Of a stretch of 64,000 nucleotides of DNA, positions 38,994 through 49,175 are shown piece after piece. Positions within the stretch are counted from its first letter, which is position 1, and each line of letters opens with the position of its first letter. Made by a program: the position numbers and the translations under genes. Source of the DNA: Clostridiales bacterium UBA5448 (GTDB lineage: Bacteria > Bacillota > Clostridia > Oscillospirales > SIG627); the NCBI GenBank assembly GCA_002427425.1, contig DIRA01000014.1, forward strand, positions 363,540 to 427,539. The letters are read 5' to 3'. The notes beneath the pieces were generated by a model that did not search any database, was not told the DNA's origin, and saw only the letters and a list, made by a program, of their open reading frames with translations.

Positions 38994-39027
38994 AAAGACC
39001 TTACAGCGAACGCTGTAAGGTTTTTTC
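38994..39027 (+). terminator. Intrinsic terminator after leader peptide 3
   Basis: ACCTTACAGC-GAAC-GCTGTAAGGT followed by TTTTTCTT, preceded by AAAAG. Confidence 0.8.
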
Positions 39028-39055
39028 TTATATATGAAAGGAGAATGAACGCACA

Positions 39056-40735
39056 ATGAACTGCAGCGGAGCACAAATATTGGTGGAAGAATTGATCAAA
39101 CACGGCGTCAAAACCGTCTTTGGTTATCCGGGCGGTGCCGTACTCGATATTTACGATGAGTTGTATCGGAATGCCCACCGGATCGAGCATATCATTTCCG
39201 CCCATGAGCAAGGGGCTGCTCATGCCGCCGACGGATATGCCAGAGTGACAGGAAAACCGGGGGTGGTGATTGCCACCAGCGGTCCCGGCGCCACCAACCT
39301 GGTCACCGGCATCGCCAATGCGTACCTGGATTCCATACCCATGGTGGCGATCACCGGCAACGTGGCCGTTTCCCTGTTGGGCAGGGACAGTTTTCAAGAA
39401 GTAGACATCATCGGCATCACCCAACCCATCGTCAAACATAGCTATATCGTGAGAAAAGTGGAGGAGCTGGAATTTGTATTGTCGGAAGCATTCTGGCTTG
39501 CTTCCACCGGACGAAAAGGGCCCGTTCTGGTGGATATCCCCAAAAGCGTCCAGAAAGAACTGTGTGAGTATCCCGGTTCTCGCCGTCATAGCTCCCCGCC
39601 TTCCTCCCAAGTGTCCGATTTGGATCTGACCGAAGCATTGAAATTCATTGCAAACAGCAAGCGGCCCTATATTTATTGCGGTGGGGGCGTATTGGCGGCG
39701 GAGGCAGAAGAAGAAATAGTATCCCTTTCTCAACGCCTGTCCGCTCCTGTCGGATTGAGTATGATGGGTTTGACCGCGATCCCGGCCTCCTATCCTTTGA
39801 ACCTGGGTATGAGCGGCATGCATGGAAAATATGCGGCTTCCATGGCTCAGTCCAAGGCAGATTTGATCCTTGCTGTAGGAGTACGGTTCAGCGACAGAGC
39901 CACGGGGAACGTGGCAGAGTATACCAAAAACTGTACCGTCATACACATCGATATTGATGAAGCGGAAATCGGCAAGAACATCACTTCCGTGGTGGAATTG
40001 TGCGGAGATGCCAAGGCTATTCTGCAAAAACTGTTGGAAAAGCTTCCCCTTGCCCGGCAGGAGGAATGGCTGGAAACCGTGGCGGCATACCGGAAAAAAG
40101 ATGAATGCAGGGAAAAAGAACTCTATTTTACCCCCGGCAATATCTTACGGTATATTGCCAACGCTGTTCCCCCTGAAACGGTGGTCGCCACCGACGTAGG
40201 GCAGCATCAAATGTGGACCATGCAGCATTACCGTTTTGAACGAACCAGAACTCTACTCACTTCCGGCGGTTTGGGGGCGATGGGATTTGGTTTGGGTGCA
40301 TCCATCGGGGGATGTGTGGGAAACGAAAAAAACCCCACCCTGCTCTTTACGGGGGACGGCAGTTTTGGCATGAATTTAAACGAACTCGCCACGGCGGTGT
40401 CTCAACAACTGCCCATTTTGATCGTGCTGTTTAACAACGGGGTACTGGGTATGGTGCGGCAATGGCAGTACATGTTCTATGAAGAAAGATATTCTTCCAC
40501 CACCTTAGGCAGAAAAACCGATTTTGTTCAGCTTGCCAAAGCTTTTGGAGCCGATGGAAAAACCATTCATTCCATGGACGAATTAAAACAGGCGTTTTCC
40601 CAGGGATTCCCCTCTGACGGACCCTTTTTGCTGGACTGTCGGATCGATGGGAATGAAAGAGTGTATCCCATGATTCCTCCCGGAGGATCGGTGAAAGATA
40701 TGATGATGCAGCAAGGAGGTGAAGCACATGAATGA
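39056..40735 (+). CDS. ilvB: Acetolactate synthase large subunit (biosynthetic type)
   Basis: TPP-enzyme motifs (GYPGGAVLDIYD; GLGAMGFGLGASIG; GDGSFGMN). 559 aa. Confidence 0.92.
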   Translation: MNCSGAQILVEELIKHGVKTVFGYPGGAVLDIYDELYRNAHRIEHIISAHEQGAAHAADGYARVTGKPGVVIATSGPGATNLVTGIANAYLDSIPMVAITGNVAVSLLGRDSFQEVDIIGITQPIVKHSYIVRKVEELEFVLSEAFWLASTGRKGPVLVDIPKSVQKELCEYPGSRRHSSPPSSQVSDLDLTEALKFIANSKRPYIYCGGGVLAAEAEEEIVSLSQRLSAPVGLSMMGLTAIPASYPLNLGMSGMHGKYAASMAQSKADLILAVGVRFSDRATGNVAEYTKNCTVIHIDIDEAEIGKNITSVVELCGDAKAILQKLLEKLPLARQEEWLETVAAYRKKDECREKELYFTPGNILRYIANAVPPETVVATDVGQHQMWTMQHYRFERTRTLLTSGGLGAMGFGLGASIGGCVGNEKNPTLLFTGDGSFGMNLNELATAVSQQLPILIVLFNNGVLGMVRQWQYMFYEERYSSTTLGRKTDFVQLAKAFGADGKTIHSMDELKQAFSQGFPSDGPFLLDCRIDGNERVYPMIPPGGSVKDMMMQQGGEAHE

Positions 40736-41249
40736 TCGTTTCATCGTGGGGCTGGTTGTGGCGAACCATCACGGCGTATTGAACCGCATTGCCGGTTTAT
40801 ACGGAAAGAGGGGATACAACATCGATAGTTTGGCAGTGGGAGAAACCGAAGACCCGCGGTTTTCCCGCATGACCATCGTATCCACCGGAAACCGGAATAT
40901 CCGCACCCAAGTGGTCAAACAGCTCAACAAACTCCATGATGTGGTGAGAGCCGAACTGTTGGATGCACCGGATACGATATCGGTAGAACACTTGCTCATC
41001 AAATTGAAAACCCAAGAAACAGGCAATGCCGAAGTGGTGTCCCTCATCAATCGATACGGGGGAAAAATATTGGATTTGGGAGAGCATTTTATCATTGCAG
41101 ATGTGACAGGCAGCACCCAACACATTCATGCATTTATCACCCAATGCATCCCCTTTGGGATATTAGAGCTTTGCCGTTCCGGCAGTCTGGCTCTTTCCGG
41201 GGGAACCGAAAAAATTTTAAGCGCACACCAAAAAAACAAATTTAATTGA
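40728..41249 (+). CDS. ilvN: Acetolactate synthase small (regulatory) subunit
   Basis: ACT domain VANHHGVLNRIAGLYGKRGYNIDSLAVG. The ATG at 40728 sits behind AAGGAGG and overlaps the end of ilvB by 8 nt. Confidence 0.88.
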   Translation: MNDRFIVGLVVANHHGVLNRIAGLYGKRGYNIDSLAVGETEDPRFSRMTIVSTGNRNIRTQVVKQLNKLHDVVRAELLDAPDTISVEHLLIKLKTQETGNAEVVSLINRYGGKILDLGEHFIIADVTGSTQHIHAFITQCIPFGILELCRSGSLALSGGTEKILSAHQKNKFN

Positions 41250-41267
41250 TAATAGGAGGTTACGGAT

Positions 41268-42266
41268 ATGGCAAATATGTATTACGAAAACGATTGTAAC
41301 AGCGCCCTGCTGGCAGGGAAAACGGTGGCGATCATCGGTTACGGCAGTCAGGGGCACGCCCATGCTCAAAATTTACGAGATAGCGGCGTCAACGTGGTGG
41401 TCGGTCTGTACGAAGGCTCTCAAAGCGCCCTGCAGGCAAAACAGGACGGGTTTGCGGTGTACAACACCGAAGACGCGGTGAAAGAGGCACATGTGGTTAT
41501 GCTTTTGGTGAACGATGAGAAAATGTCCGGTATCTACCATGACAACGTTGCGCCTTATTTAAAAGACGGGATGAGTCTTTGTTTTGCCCATGGGTTCAAT
41601 ATTCATTTCAAACAAATTGTTCCCCCCGCAGGCATCAATGTGATCATGATCGCCCCCAAAGGACCGGGCCATACGGTCAGAAGCCAGTATGTGGAAGGGA
41701 AAGGCGTTCCTTGTCTGATCGCTGTTTATCAAGATGCAAACGGACAAGCCAAAGAAATGGCTCTGGCCTACGCCAAAGGTATCGGCGGCGCCCGTGCCGG
41801 TATTTTGGAAACCACCTTCAAAGAAGAAACCGAAACCGATTTATTCGGGGAACAGGCTGTCTTGTGCGGCGGTGTGTCCGCTTTGATGAAAGCCGGGTTT
41901 GAAACTTTGGTGGAAGCAGGCTATCAGCCCGAAAGCGCCTATTTTGAATGTGTGCACGAAATGAAACTCATCATCGATTTGGTGGTGAAGGGCGGACTTT
42001 CCTTCATGCGGTATTCTATCAGCGATACGGCGGAATACGGGGATTATACCGTAGGCAATCGCATCATTACCGAAGAAACAAAAAAAGAAATGCGCAAAGT
42101 GCTCAGCGAAATTCAAAGTGGTGAATTTGCTGCCAACTGGATCAACGAGAACAAAACAGGCCGCCCCTACTTTACCGCAAAACGCAAGGAAGAAGCGAAT
42201 CATGCGGTAGAAAAAGTGGGCGCGGATTTGAGAAAGAAAATGAGCTGGCAGCATGAAAGTAAGTAA
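41268..42266 (+). CDS. ilvC: Ketol-acid reductoisomerase
   Basis: [19 protein letters not shown] and [11 protein letters not shown] motifs. 332 aa. Confidence 0.95.
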   Translation: MANMYYENDCNSALLAGKTVAIIGYGSQGHAHAQNLRDSGVNVVVGLYEGSQSALQAKQDGFAVYNTEDAVKEAHVVMLLVNDEKMSGIYHDNVAPYLKDGMSLCFAHGFNIHFKQIVPPAGINVIMIAPKGPGHTVRSQYVEGKGVPCLIAVYQDANGQAKEMALAYAKGIGGARAGILETTFKEETETDLFGEQAVLCGGVSALMKAGFETLVEAGYQPESAYFECVHEMKLIIDLVVKGGLSFMRYSISDTAEYGDYTVGNRIITEETKKEMRKVLSEIQSGEFAANWINENKTGRPYFTAKRKEEANHAVEKVGADLRKKMSWQHESK

Positions 42267-42279
42267 GGAGGAAACCGCC

Positions 42280-43926
42280 ATGGGAAACACACTGCAATTA
42301 GAGAAACTCTCCCACGCGCCTAAACGGGCGTTGATGAAAGCCATGGGATATACCGACGAACAGATGAGGAGACCGCTGATTGGCGTGGTCAATTCCTTCA
42401 ATGAAGTTGTACCGGGGCATATTCATCTGCAGAGTATTGCCCGTGCTGTGAAGGATGGGATTCTCATGAGCGGCGGCACACCCATGGAATTCAATACCAT
42501 CGGGGTTTGTGACGGGCTGGCCATGGGACATGAAGGGATGCAATATTCCCTTCCGACCCGAGAATTGATCGCCGATTCCATCGAATGTATGGTGCGGGGA
42601 CATCAGTTTGACGGGTTGGTGTTCATTCCTAACTGTGATAAAATCGTCCCCGGCATGCTGATGGCGGCGGCACGGCTGGATTTGCCCTGCATCTTTGTGT
42701 CCGGCGGTCCCATGCTGTCTATCGACGGCAGTGACTTGAACACGGTATTTGAAGGAGTGGGGGCATACCACGCTGGTCATATGAGCACCAAAGAGCTCAC
42801 ATGTCTGGAAAACAGGGCTTGCCCGGGCTGCGGTTCTTGTTCGGGAATGTTTACCGCCAACTCCATGAACTGCCTGTGCGAGGCATTGGGTATGGCATTA
42901 CCGGGTAACGGTACCATTCCAGCGGTATATTCCCAGCGGATGGTACTGGCTAAGCAGGCGGGCATGACCGCAATGCGTGCCTTGAAACAAAACATCCGCC
43001 CATCCAGGGTGTTGACCGAAACCGCTTTTCGGAATGCACTCACCGTAGACATGGCGTTGGGCTGTTCCACCAACTCAGTGCTCCATTTATTTGCTTTGGC
43101 AAACGAAGTGGGGGTGGAATTGAATTTGAATCTGGTCAATGCAATCAGCAGCCATACCCCCAACCTGTGTCGGTTGGCTCCGGCAGGAAAACACCACATG
43201 CAGGATTTATTTGCAGCCGGCGGGGTGTATGGAGTCATAAGTCAACTGATGGAAGCCGGGATATTTGACGGGGAAGCCAAAACAGTTTGGGGCGCTTTTT
43301 TCCGGGAAGCGTTGGAAGGACATAGGGTGAAAGATGATTCCGTTATTCGTCCTATGAATGCGCCTTATGCAAATTCCGGGGGCATTGCGGCTCTGTTTGG
43401 GAACCTAGCACCCCGAGGTGCCATTGTAAAGCGCAGTGCAGTGAAAGAATCCATGCTGATTTTTACGGGAAAAGCCCATGTGTTTGATTCCGAAGAAGAA
43501 GCGGTGGAAGCCATTTACGGCAAAAAAGTGAAGCCGGGGGATGTGGTGGTCATTCGGTACGAAGGGCCGGCAGGGGGGCCGGGTATGCGGGAAATGCTTT
43601 CTCCCACCTCTGCCATTGCGGGCATGGGATTGGATGAATCGGTGGCGTTGATTACCGACGGGCGTTTTTCCGGCGCCACCAGAGGGGCCGCCATTGGACA
43701 CGTTTCTCCCGAAGCCGCATCCGGTGGTACCATTGCCTATGTGAAAACCGGGGACGCTATTCTAATCAATATTCCTGAAAATACCCTGGAATTGTTGGTT
43801 TCGGAAGAAGAATTAGAAAAGAGAAAAGCCACCATGTCCTTGCAGGCAAAAACACCTAAACAAGGATATCTCAGACGCTATGCCGCCCATGTATCTTCTG
43901 CTGATCTCGGTGCCGTGGTACGGTAG
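42280..43926 (+). CDS. ilvD: Dihydroxy-acid dehydratase
   Basis: The ATG at 42280 sits behind [34 protein letters not shown] and ITDGRFSG motifs. Confidence 0.93.
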   Translation: MGNTLQLEKLSHAPKRALMKAMGYTDEQMRRPLIGVVNSFNEVVPGHIHLQSIARAVKDGILMSGGTPMEFNTIGVCDGLAMGHEGMQYSLPTRELIADSIECMVRGHQFDGLVFIPNCDKIVPGMLMAAARLDLPCIFVSGGPMLSIDGSDLNTVFEGVGAYHAGHMSTKELTCLENRACPGCGSCSGMFTANSMNCLCEALGMALPGNGTIPAVYSQRMVLAKQAGMTAMRALKQNIRPSRVLTETAFRNALTVDMALGCSTNSVLHLFALANEVGVELNLNLVNAISSHTPNLCRLAPAGKHHMQDLFAAGGVYGVISQLMEAGIFDGEAKTVWGAFFREALEGHRVKDDSVIRPMNAPYANSGGIAALFGNLAPRGAIVKRSAVKESMLIFTGKAHVFDSEEEAVEAIYGKKVKPGDVVVIRYEGPAGGPGMREMLSPTSAIAGMGLDESVALITDGRFSGATRGAAIGHVSPEAASGGTIAYVKTGDAILINIPENTLELLVSEEELEKRKATMSLQAKTPKQGYLRRYAAHVSSADLGAVVR

Positions 43927-43939
43927 AAAGGACAAAAGT

Positions 43940-45136
43940 ATGCTTTCATTGGATCGAGTTTATCTTGCCGGAGGAAGACTGCAAAGCGTGGTGCGGAAAA
44001 CCGATATGCTGTTTGCGCCTGCTTTGTCCCGAAATTCTCAGGTGTATCTCAAAACGGAAAATTTACAAAAAACCGGATCCTTCAAGATCAGAGGATCGTA
44101 CTTTAAAATGTCAACCTTGAGCGAAGAAGAAAAAGCCAAAGGAGTGGTGGCGTGTTCGGCGGGCAATCATGCCCAAGGTGTGGCGCTGGCGGCCCAAAAG
44201 TTTGGTATGGAAGCCACCATTTTTCTACCCAGTACCGCACCCATTTCCAAGATAGAAGCCACCCGTCAGCAAGGAGCAAACATTCGTCTGGCGGACGGGG
44301 TTTATGACGATGCCTATCGAGAAGCGATTGCCTATCGGGAGGAAACGGGCGGGGTATTTCTCCATCCCTTTGACGATGAGGACGTCATAGCGGGGCAAGG
44401 CACCGTGGCTTTGGAAATCGTGGATCAGCTGCCCGAAGTGGAAGCGGTGGTGGTTCCCGTGGGGGGCGGCGGGTTGATTTCCGGTATTGCCTATACCATC
44501 AAATCCCTCCGCCCGGAGTGCAAAGTCTATGGCGTACAGGCATCGGGGGCAGACAGCATGAAACAATCCTTGCAGGAAAAACACTGCTGTCACCGGGATT
44601 CGGTGTCCACCTTTGCTGATGGAATTGCCGTGAAAAAGCCGGGGAACATTACGTTTGATATATGCAGTCGCTATGTGGACGGCATCGTTACGGTCTCGGA
44701 TGATGAAATCGCAACCGCCATTCTCACCTTGATGGAACAGCAAAAACTGGTGGCGGAAGGAGCGGGGGCTGTAGCCGTGGCGGCTGTGATGTTCAACAAA
44801 CTGCCACTCCATGGCAAAACCGTCTGCGCCGTGGTTTCCGGGGGGAACATCGATGTGAACATCCTGTCCAAAGTCATCAACCGCGGCTTGATGACCTCAG
44901 GACGGTTGACCCATCTGACCATTTCTTTGCTGGATAAACCGGGACAGCTGCAAGCCGTTTCCACCATCATTGCCCAAGAAGGCGCCAACGTCATCCGGGT
45001 GCAATACACCCCCGGCGGGGAAAACATGGATATCTGCGGCTGTTATTTGAAAATTTCCATGGAAACCAAAAATCACGAGCATTTGCAGAGCATCCGCCAA
45101 TCATTGACCCGGTCCGGATTTACCCTTTGTGATTGA
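43940..45136 (+). CDS. ilvA: Threonine ammonia-lyase (biosynthetic, single C-terminal ACT-like domain)
   Basis: ENLQKTGSFKIRG PLP-lysine motif, GNHAQGVA, GGGGLISG. Start at MLSLDRVY. Confidence 0.9.
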   Translation: MLSLDRVYLAGGRLQSVVRKTDMLFAPALSRNSQVYLKTENLQKTGSFKIRGSYFKMSTLSEEEKAKGVVACSAGNHAQGVALAAQKFGMEATIFLPSTAPISKIEATRQQGANIRLADGVYDDAYREAIAYREETGGVFLHPFDDEDVIAGQGTVALEIVDQLPEVEAVVVPVGGGGLISGIAYTIKSLRPECKVYGVQASGADSMKQSLQEKHCCHRDSVSTFADGIAVKKPGNITFDICSRYVDGIVTVSDDEIATAILTLMEQQKLVAEGAGAVAVAAVMFNKLPLHGKTVCAVVSGGNIDVNILSKVINRGLMTSGRLTHLTISLLDKPGQLQAVSTIIAQEGANVIRVQYTPGGENMDICGCYLKISMETKNHEHLQSIRQSLTRSGFTLCD

Positions 45137-45209
45137 TTGATAGCACTTTCAATTGGAACAGATTTTTAATACGAACATAAGCGAAGAAAAAACATAAGAA
45201 AGGATGGTC

Positions 45210-45584
45210 ATGATGGAAATCATCTATACCCCTCAGGCGCCCAATCCCATCGGCCCGTATTCCCAGGCAACAAAAATGCAAAACATGCTCTTTTGTTCGG
45301 GGCAAATTGCCATAGAGCCCGAAAACGGACAGTTTTTGCAGGAAAACATCAACCTCCAAACCGAACAGGTTTGCCGCAACATACAGGCGGTGTTACGTTC
45401 TGCCGGACTGGAATTAAAACACGTGGTGAAAACCACTTGTTTTCTGGTAGAATCCGAGGATTTTGTTCCCTTCAACGAAGTGTACGGACGCTTTTTTGCC
45501 CACAGTCCCGCCCGTTCCTGCGTGTTTGTGCAAGGTCTTCCCAAAGGAGCCAAGGTGGAAATCGAAGTGATCGCCGCTTTTTAA
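45210..45584 (+). CDS. ridA: RidA family reactive-enamine/imine deaminase
   Basis: APNPIGPYSQA and PARSCVFVQGLPKGAKVEIE motifs. The start is ambiguous among ATGs at 45204, 45210 and 45213. Confidence 0.88.
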   Translation: MMEIIYTPQAPNPIGPYSQATKMQNMLFCSGQIAIEPENGQFLQENINLQTEQVCRNIQAVLRSAGLELKHVVKTTCFLVESEDFVPFNEVYGRFFAHSPARSCVFVQGLPKGAKVEIEVIAAF

Positions 45585-45608
45585 TGGAAAAAAGCACCCA
45601 AAAATGGT

Positions 45609-45637
45609 AAAAAAACCGCCAAACGGCGGTTTTTTTA
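45609..45637. terminator. Bidirectional terminator between convergent ridA and the amidohydrolase gene
   Basis: AAAAAAACCGCC-AAAC-GGCGGTTTTTTT. Confidence 0.85.
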
Positions 45638-45651
45638 CTTGAAAATAAAGA

Positions 45652-46428
45652 TTATAATCCCAGTTTTGCGGCCAATTCACCAAAAAGAAGCCCTTCTTTT
45701 TCGTGCTCAGTGATCTCGGCATAATAGACACGGTTGAGAGCACATTCCACATAGGCGAAGGGGTTTAAGGAACCAAAGCAATACCGCTGCAGGGGAATAC
45801 CGTTAAGTTTGGACAGGAAAGGACCGGAGGTCATGAAAGAAATACGGCTGATATCGAAATACACATGGTCATGCTCCCCAAATAATGTACCCATATTCCG
45901 GATGGTGGCGGGAATGACCTGGGTAACGATGGTCAAAGTCTTTTTGCCGGTCAACAGCAGTTTGGGAATCTCGCTGGTGCATTCTAACGGATAATCATGC
46001 AAGTTTCGTTGCCGGGTATTTTCAAAGGAGTTGTTGATACGAACAGGAATGTTTCTTTCCCCGCAGTAGGCATAAAAAGAAACCAAGGTGGGATCGTCCC
46101 AGGCATAATGGTGGTAGTGGGGCATGATTTCCACGCCTTGAAAGCCGAATTGCTCCAGGCAGATATTGCAATCTTTTTCCCAGCCAATGTATGTAGGATT
46201 GATGACGGCAAAGGGAAGCACGTTTACCCCGCCTGCATAGGCTTTTACTTCTTCGTATAGTTCTTCGTTCGCTTTCTGGCAATCCTGATAGAAGGCACCA
46301 TGTAAATGGGAGGTGATGATATGGGTGACACCTGCATGTTCGGCAATGGCGGCAATCTGTTCCAAGGTGGTTGCGTGCAGAGGTCGAAAAGGCCAGTGAC
46401 CTACATAGGTAGATACATCTAAAATCAT
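45652..46428 (-). CDS. Amidohydrolase-fold (Amidohydro_2-like) protein lacking the obvious metal ligands
   Basis: 258 aa with a TIM-barrel hydrolase-like pattern. The N-terminal motif reads LDVSTYVGHWPF (no HxH). The C-terminal motif reads FGSLNPF in place of FGSD/FGTD. Confidence 0.5.
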   Translation of the reverse strand: MILDVSTYVGHWPFRPLHATTLEQIAAIAEHAGVTHIITSHLHGAFYQDCQKANEELYEEVKAYAGGVNVLPFAVINPTYIGWEKDCNICLEQFGFQGVEIMPHYHHYAWDDPTLVSFYAYCGERNIPVRINNSFENTRQRNLHDYPLECTSEIPKLLLTGKKTLTIVTQVIPATIRNMGTLFGEHDHVYFDISRISFMTSGPFLSKLNGIPLQRYCFGSLNPFAYVECALNRVYYAEITEHEKEGLLFGELAAKLGL

Positions 46429-47264
46429 TTTCTCGCCCTCCGATTCAAAAATCTTCTGTAAGCAGTTCCTTCCAGGATGGTTTTTTTATCTTCCTCGGAA
46501 ATATTGGCTCCGAGAATTTTACCCACGCCTGCTTCATAAGATCCGTCCGTACCAAAAAGAATACGCCGGGCTCCCAATCGTTTGATGGCGTCTTCGATCA
46601 TCGGAGCATCGACCACGCTACCGCTTATATCGGTGACGATGCTAGGGGAATCTGTGATGGCTTTGATTTGCCACTGCCAGTCGCCGCCGCCGCCGATATG
46701 GGCCATGATGATGTTGGCTTCGGGATACAGTCTGGCAATGTTGGCAAAATGGTGGCCTGCTGAGAGTTTGGGCTGGGTAGAACGCAGCTGAACCGATTTG
46801 CCCGCATGCACCAAAATGGGGATATCCAATTCTATGCATTTTTCAATGACGGCAAATTGCTGGGGATCGTCGATGAAATAGTGGTGATACAGTTTGATGC
46901 CTACAAACCCGTAATCATATACGCACTTTTCAATTTCATACAACGCTTCTTTGGTGTAGCCTACATGAATGAAGGCTAAGCCGTACAATTTGTCCCACCG
47001 TTGACAGGCCTCATATTGCAAGCGGTTAACACGGGAAAAATCATCCGGTATGCAGGGTTTGCTCAGGGGAATAGAACAGATCACCGCATCGGTGCAGGTC
47101 GCTTCTGCGCTCTTTCTCAGGCGATCCAGTGAGTTTTCCCGGAGTTTGCCGGATTGGGAATCTTCCCAGACGTGTTCATGCCAGTTGACTACAAAATTGT
47201 CTTTGAAAAGAGAAAGACGCTTTTCATAGTCTTGAGTAAATGTGGTTTCAGTCATATTTTTCAT
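46425..47264 (-). CDS. Amidohydrolase family (Amidohydro_2) metal-dependent hydrolase
   Basis: NWHEHVW (HxH), MAHIGGGGDW and FGTDGSY motifs. 279 aa. It overlaps both neighbouring genes by 4 nt. Confidence 0.65.
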   Translation of the reverse strand: MKNMTETTFTQDYEKRLSLFKDNFVVNWHEHVWEDSQSGKLRENSLDRLRKSAEATCTDAVICSIPLSKPCIPDDFSRVNRLQYEACQRWDKLYGLAFIHVGYTKEALYEIEKCVYDYGFVGIKLYHHYFIDDPQQFAVIEKCIELDIPILVHAGKSVQLRSTQPKLSAGHHFANIARLYPEANIIMAHIGGGGDWQWQIKAITDSPSIVTDISGSVVDAPMIEDAIKRLGARRILFGTDGSYEAGVGKILGANISEEDKKTILEGTAYRRFLNRRARK

Positions 47265-48496
47265 CCTTCCTTATGGTTGAACATATATTTTCCCAACAAT
47301 TCATGTCCTTTTTCGATGCAAATTCCGGTCTTTTTTGCCTCATCTTCCGTAAACCGCGCCACGAGAGAAGCCACCTCGTTTTGGTTGTCATACAAGAAGA
47401 AGGGAACGGGCGCTCTGGTGTGGGTACGGATACGCACCGGCGTGGGATGATCGGGACAGATCAGGATGCGGTATGCCTCCCCCATGCTGTCCAGATATGT
47501 TTTGATGGGTACAAGAACCTCTTGATCGATTCTCTCAATGGCAACGACTTTATGATCAGCTTCACCCTGATGACCGCATTCATCGGGGCCCTCCAGATGA
47601 ATATACACAAATTCATAGCCTTCTTGAAAGGCATCGATAGCGGCGTTGGCTTTGCCGGCATAATTCGTCAGATAATTACCCGTGGCGCCTTCCACGTGGA
47701 TAGGCTTCATTTTGGCGCAAATACCGATCCCTTTGATTAAATCCACCGCTGAAATTACAGCACCCTTAACCCCAAATTTTTCTTCATAAGAAGGAAGGGC
47801 GGGCTTTTTCCCGGCACTCCACAGCCAGATGCAGTTGGCGGGACGCTTGCCGGCGGCGATACGTGCCAAATTGACGGGATGAACGTTTAATATTTCATAG
47901 GAGCGAAGATATAAATCCCGATAGATATCGCCTACTTTGCCGTGGGGTAGTTTGTCTTTGATTTTTTGTCCTAAAAAATCATGGGGACGGGAAAAATCAT
48001 AAATAGCTTCGTTTTCGGCAGGGGGATTGGACCAGATCATGCAGTGGCGATAACTGATACCTGTATAAAAATGACGGGTATCGGTTCCTAAAGCCTGATC
48101 CAAAGCGCGGATTAACGCATCGGCTTCTTTTGTGGATATTTCGCCGGCACTGTGGTCGATCATGATTTTTTCTTCAAAGGGTTCATCCTCGGACAAGGTG
48201 ACCACGTTGCAGCGGAAAGCCACATCTTCCGGTGACATGTCCAAGCCCATGCTCATGGCTTCGAGAGGGGAACGACCTTTTGAAAAGATTTGGGGATCAT
48301 ATCCCATCACCGCCAAATTGGCGGTGGAGCTTTCAGGTACCAAATTGTCCGGAACGGTGATCATAGTACCGCAGAGAGATTTTTGCGCCAGTGCATCCAT
48401 GCAGGGCTTACAGGCACATTCCATGGGAGTTTTGTTATCTAACTTCGCAACGGGCTCATCCGACATCCCGTCGCAGAGAATTACCAGATATTTCAT
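47261..48496 (-). CDS. Cofactor-independent phosphoglycerate mutase family protein (ApgM-type alkaline-phosphatase superfamily)
   Basis: MKYLVILCDGMSDEP N-terminus, EGPDECGHQGE and CPDHPTP motifs. 411 aa. Confidence 0.8.
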   Translation of the reverse strand: MKYLVILCDGMSDEPVAKLDNKTPMECACKPCMDALAQKSLCGTMITVPDNLVPESSTANLAVMGYDPQIFSKGRSPLEAMSMGLDMSPEDVAFRCNVVTLSEDEPFEEKIMIDHSAGEISTKEADALIRALDQALGTDTRHFYTGISYRHCMIWSNPPAENEAIYDFSRPHDFLGQKIKDKLPHGKVGDIYRDLYLRSYEILNVHPVNLARIAAGKRPANCIWLWSAGKKPALPSYEEKFGVKGAVISAVDLIKGIGICAKMKPIHVEGATGNYLTNYAGKANAAIDAFQEGYEFVYIHLEGPDECGHQGEADHKVVAIERIDQEVLVPIKTYLDSMGEAYRILICPDHPTPVRIRTHTRAPVPFFLYDNQNEVASLVARFTEDEAKKTGICIEKGHELLGKYMFNHKEG

Positions 48497-48511
48497 GTTG
48501 TACGCATCCTT

Positions 48512-49171
48512 TTAAAAAATTTTTGATCTTGTAACCGAAACGATTTTCCATTGACCGTTCAGTTCCACAATGCTATAGATTTCTTCGATGGCAATAGCTT
48601 TAAACGTGCCGGTGGCATCGAATCTGCTTTGGGACAAATCGTTGCGAAAAGTCCCGTTGTTTTGAAAAATATTATAGGTGATGATAAAATTTTCGGCTGT
48701 ATAACCGACACCGTTGAGTTCAGTTTGGGTTGATGTGGTTTGGTTGATATCGATGTTGAGAACTTTCTGATGGGTAAAATCCTCTTTCACCGGAGGGGTT
48801 GCGTAAAAAGATTTGAAAACGATTACATCCCCTTCTACGATGGCATCAAAATAATCCCGGAAAAAACGGCAGTAAACATCCTGTTTGGAATAGTCTCCCG
48901 TTTGATCTTCCTTAAACAAAGTTTCCCCTTCATAGGTGATATACCCATAATCCCGGGTACGCAATTTGACATAAATCGCGTCCTTAAATACATCTTCATC
49001 CCGAATAACGGGGTACAAGTCAATTTCACTTTTCTTAACGGGGGAAGGGGTCCTTTGAGCGAACATAAAAACAGAGCTACCGGTCAACAGCGCAACGACC
49101 AGCAGTAGCAAACCACCTTTGATCAGGCGGGATTTTTTAAATTTTGTTTTTAGGGGTCGTTCTTTTTTCAT
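48512..49171 (-). CDS. Membrane-anchored hypothetical protein
   Basis: Basic N-terminus plus one TM segment (GGLLLLVVALLTGSSVFMF). 219 aa. No recognisable motif. Confidence 0.5.
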   Translation of the reverse strand: MKKERPLKTKFKKSRLIKGGLLLLVVALLTGSSVFMFAQRTPSPVKKSEIDLYPVIRDEDVFKDAIYVKLRTRDYGYITYEGETLFKEDQTGDYSKQDVYCRFFRDYFDAIVEGDVIVFKSFYATPPVKEDFTHQKVLNIDINQTTSTQTELNGVGYTAENFIITYNIFQNNGTFRNDLSQSRFDATGTFKAIAIEEIYSIVELNGQWKIVSVTRSKIF

Positions 49172-49175
49172 GTTC

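Noticed and set aside
38879-40027. 382-aa minus-strand ORF
   Set aside because: It lies antisense to ilvB and to the leader/terminator region. It has no motifs, and the plus-strand reading is clearly acetolactate synthase.
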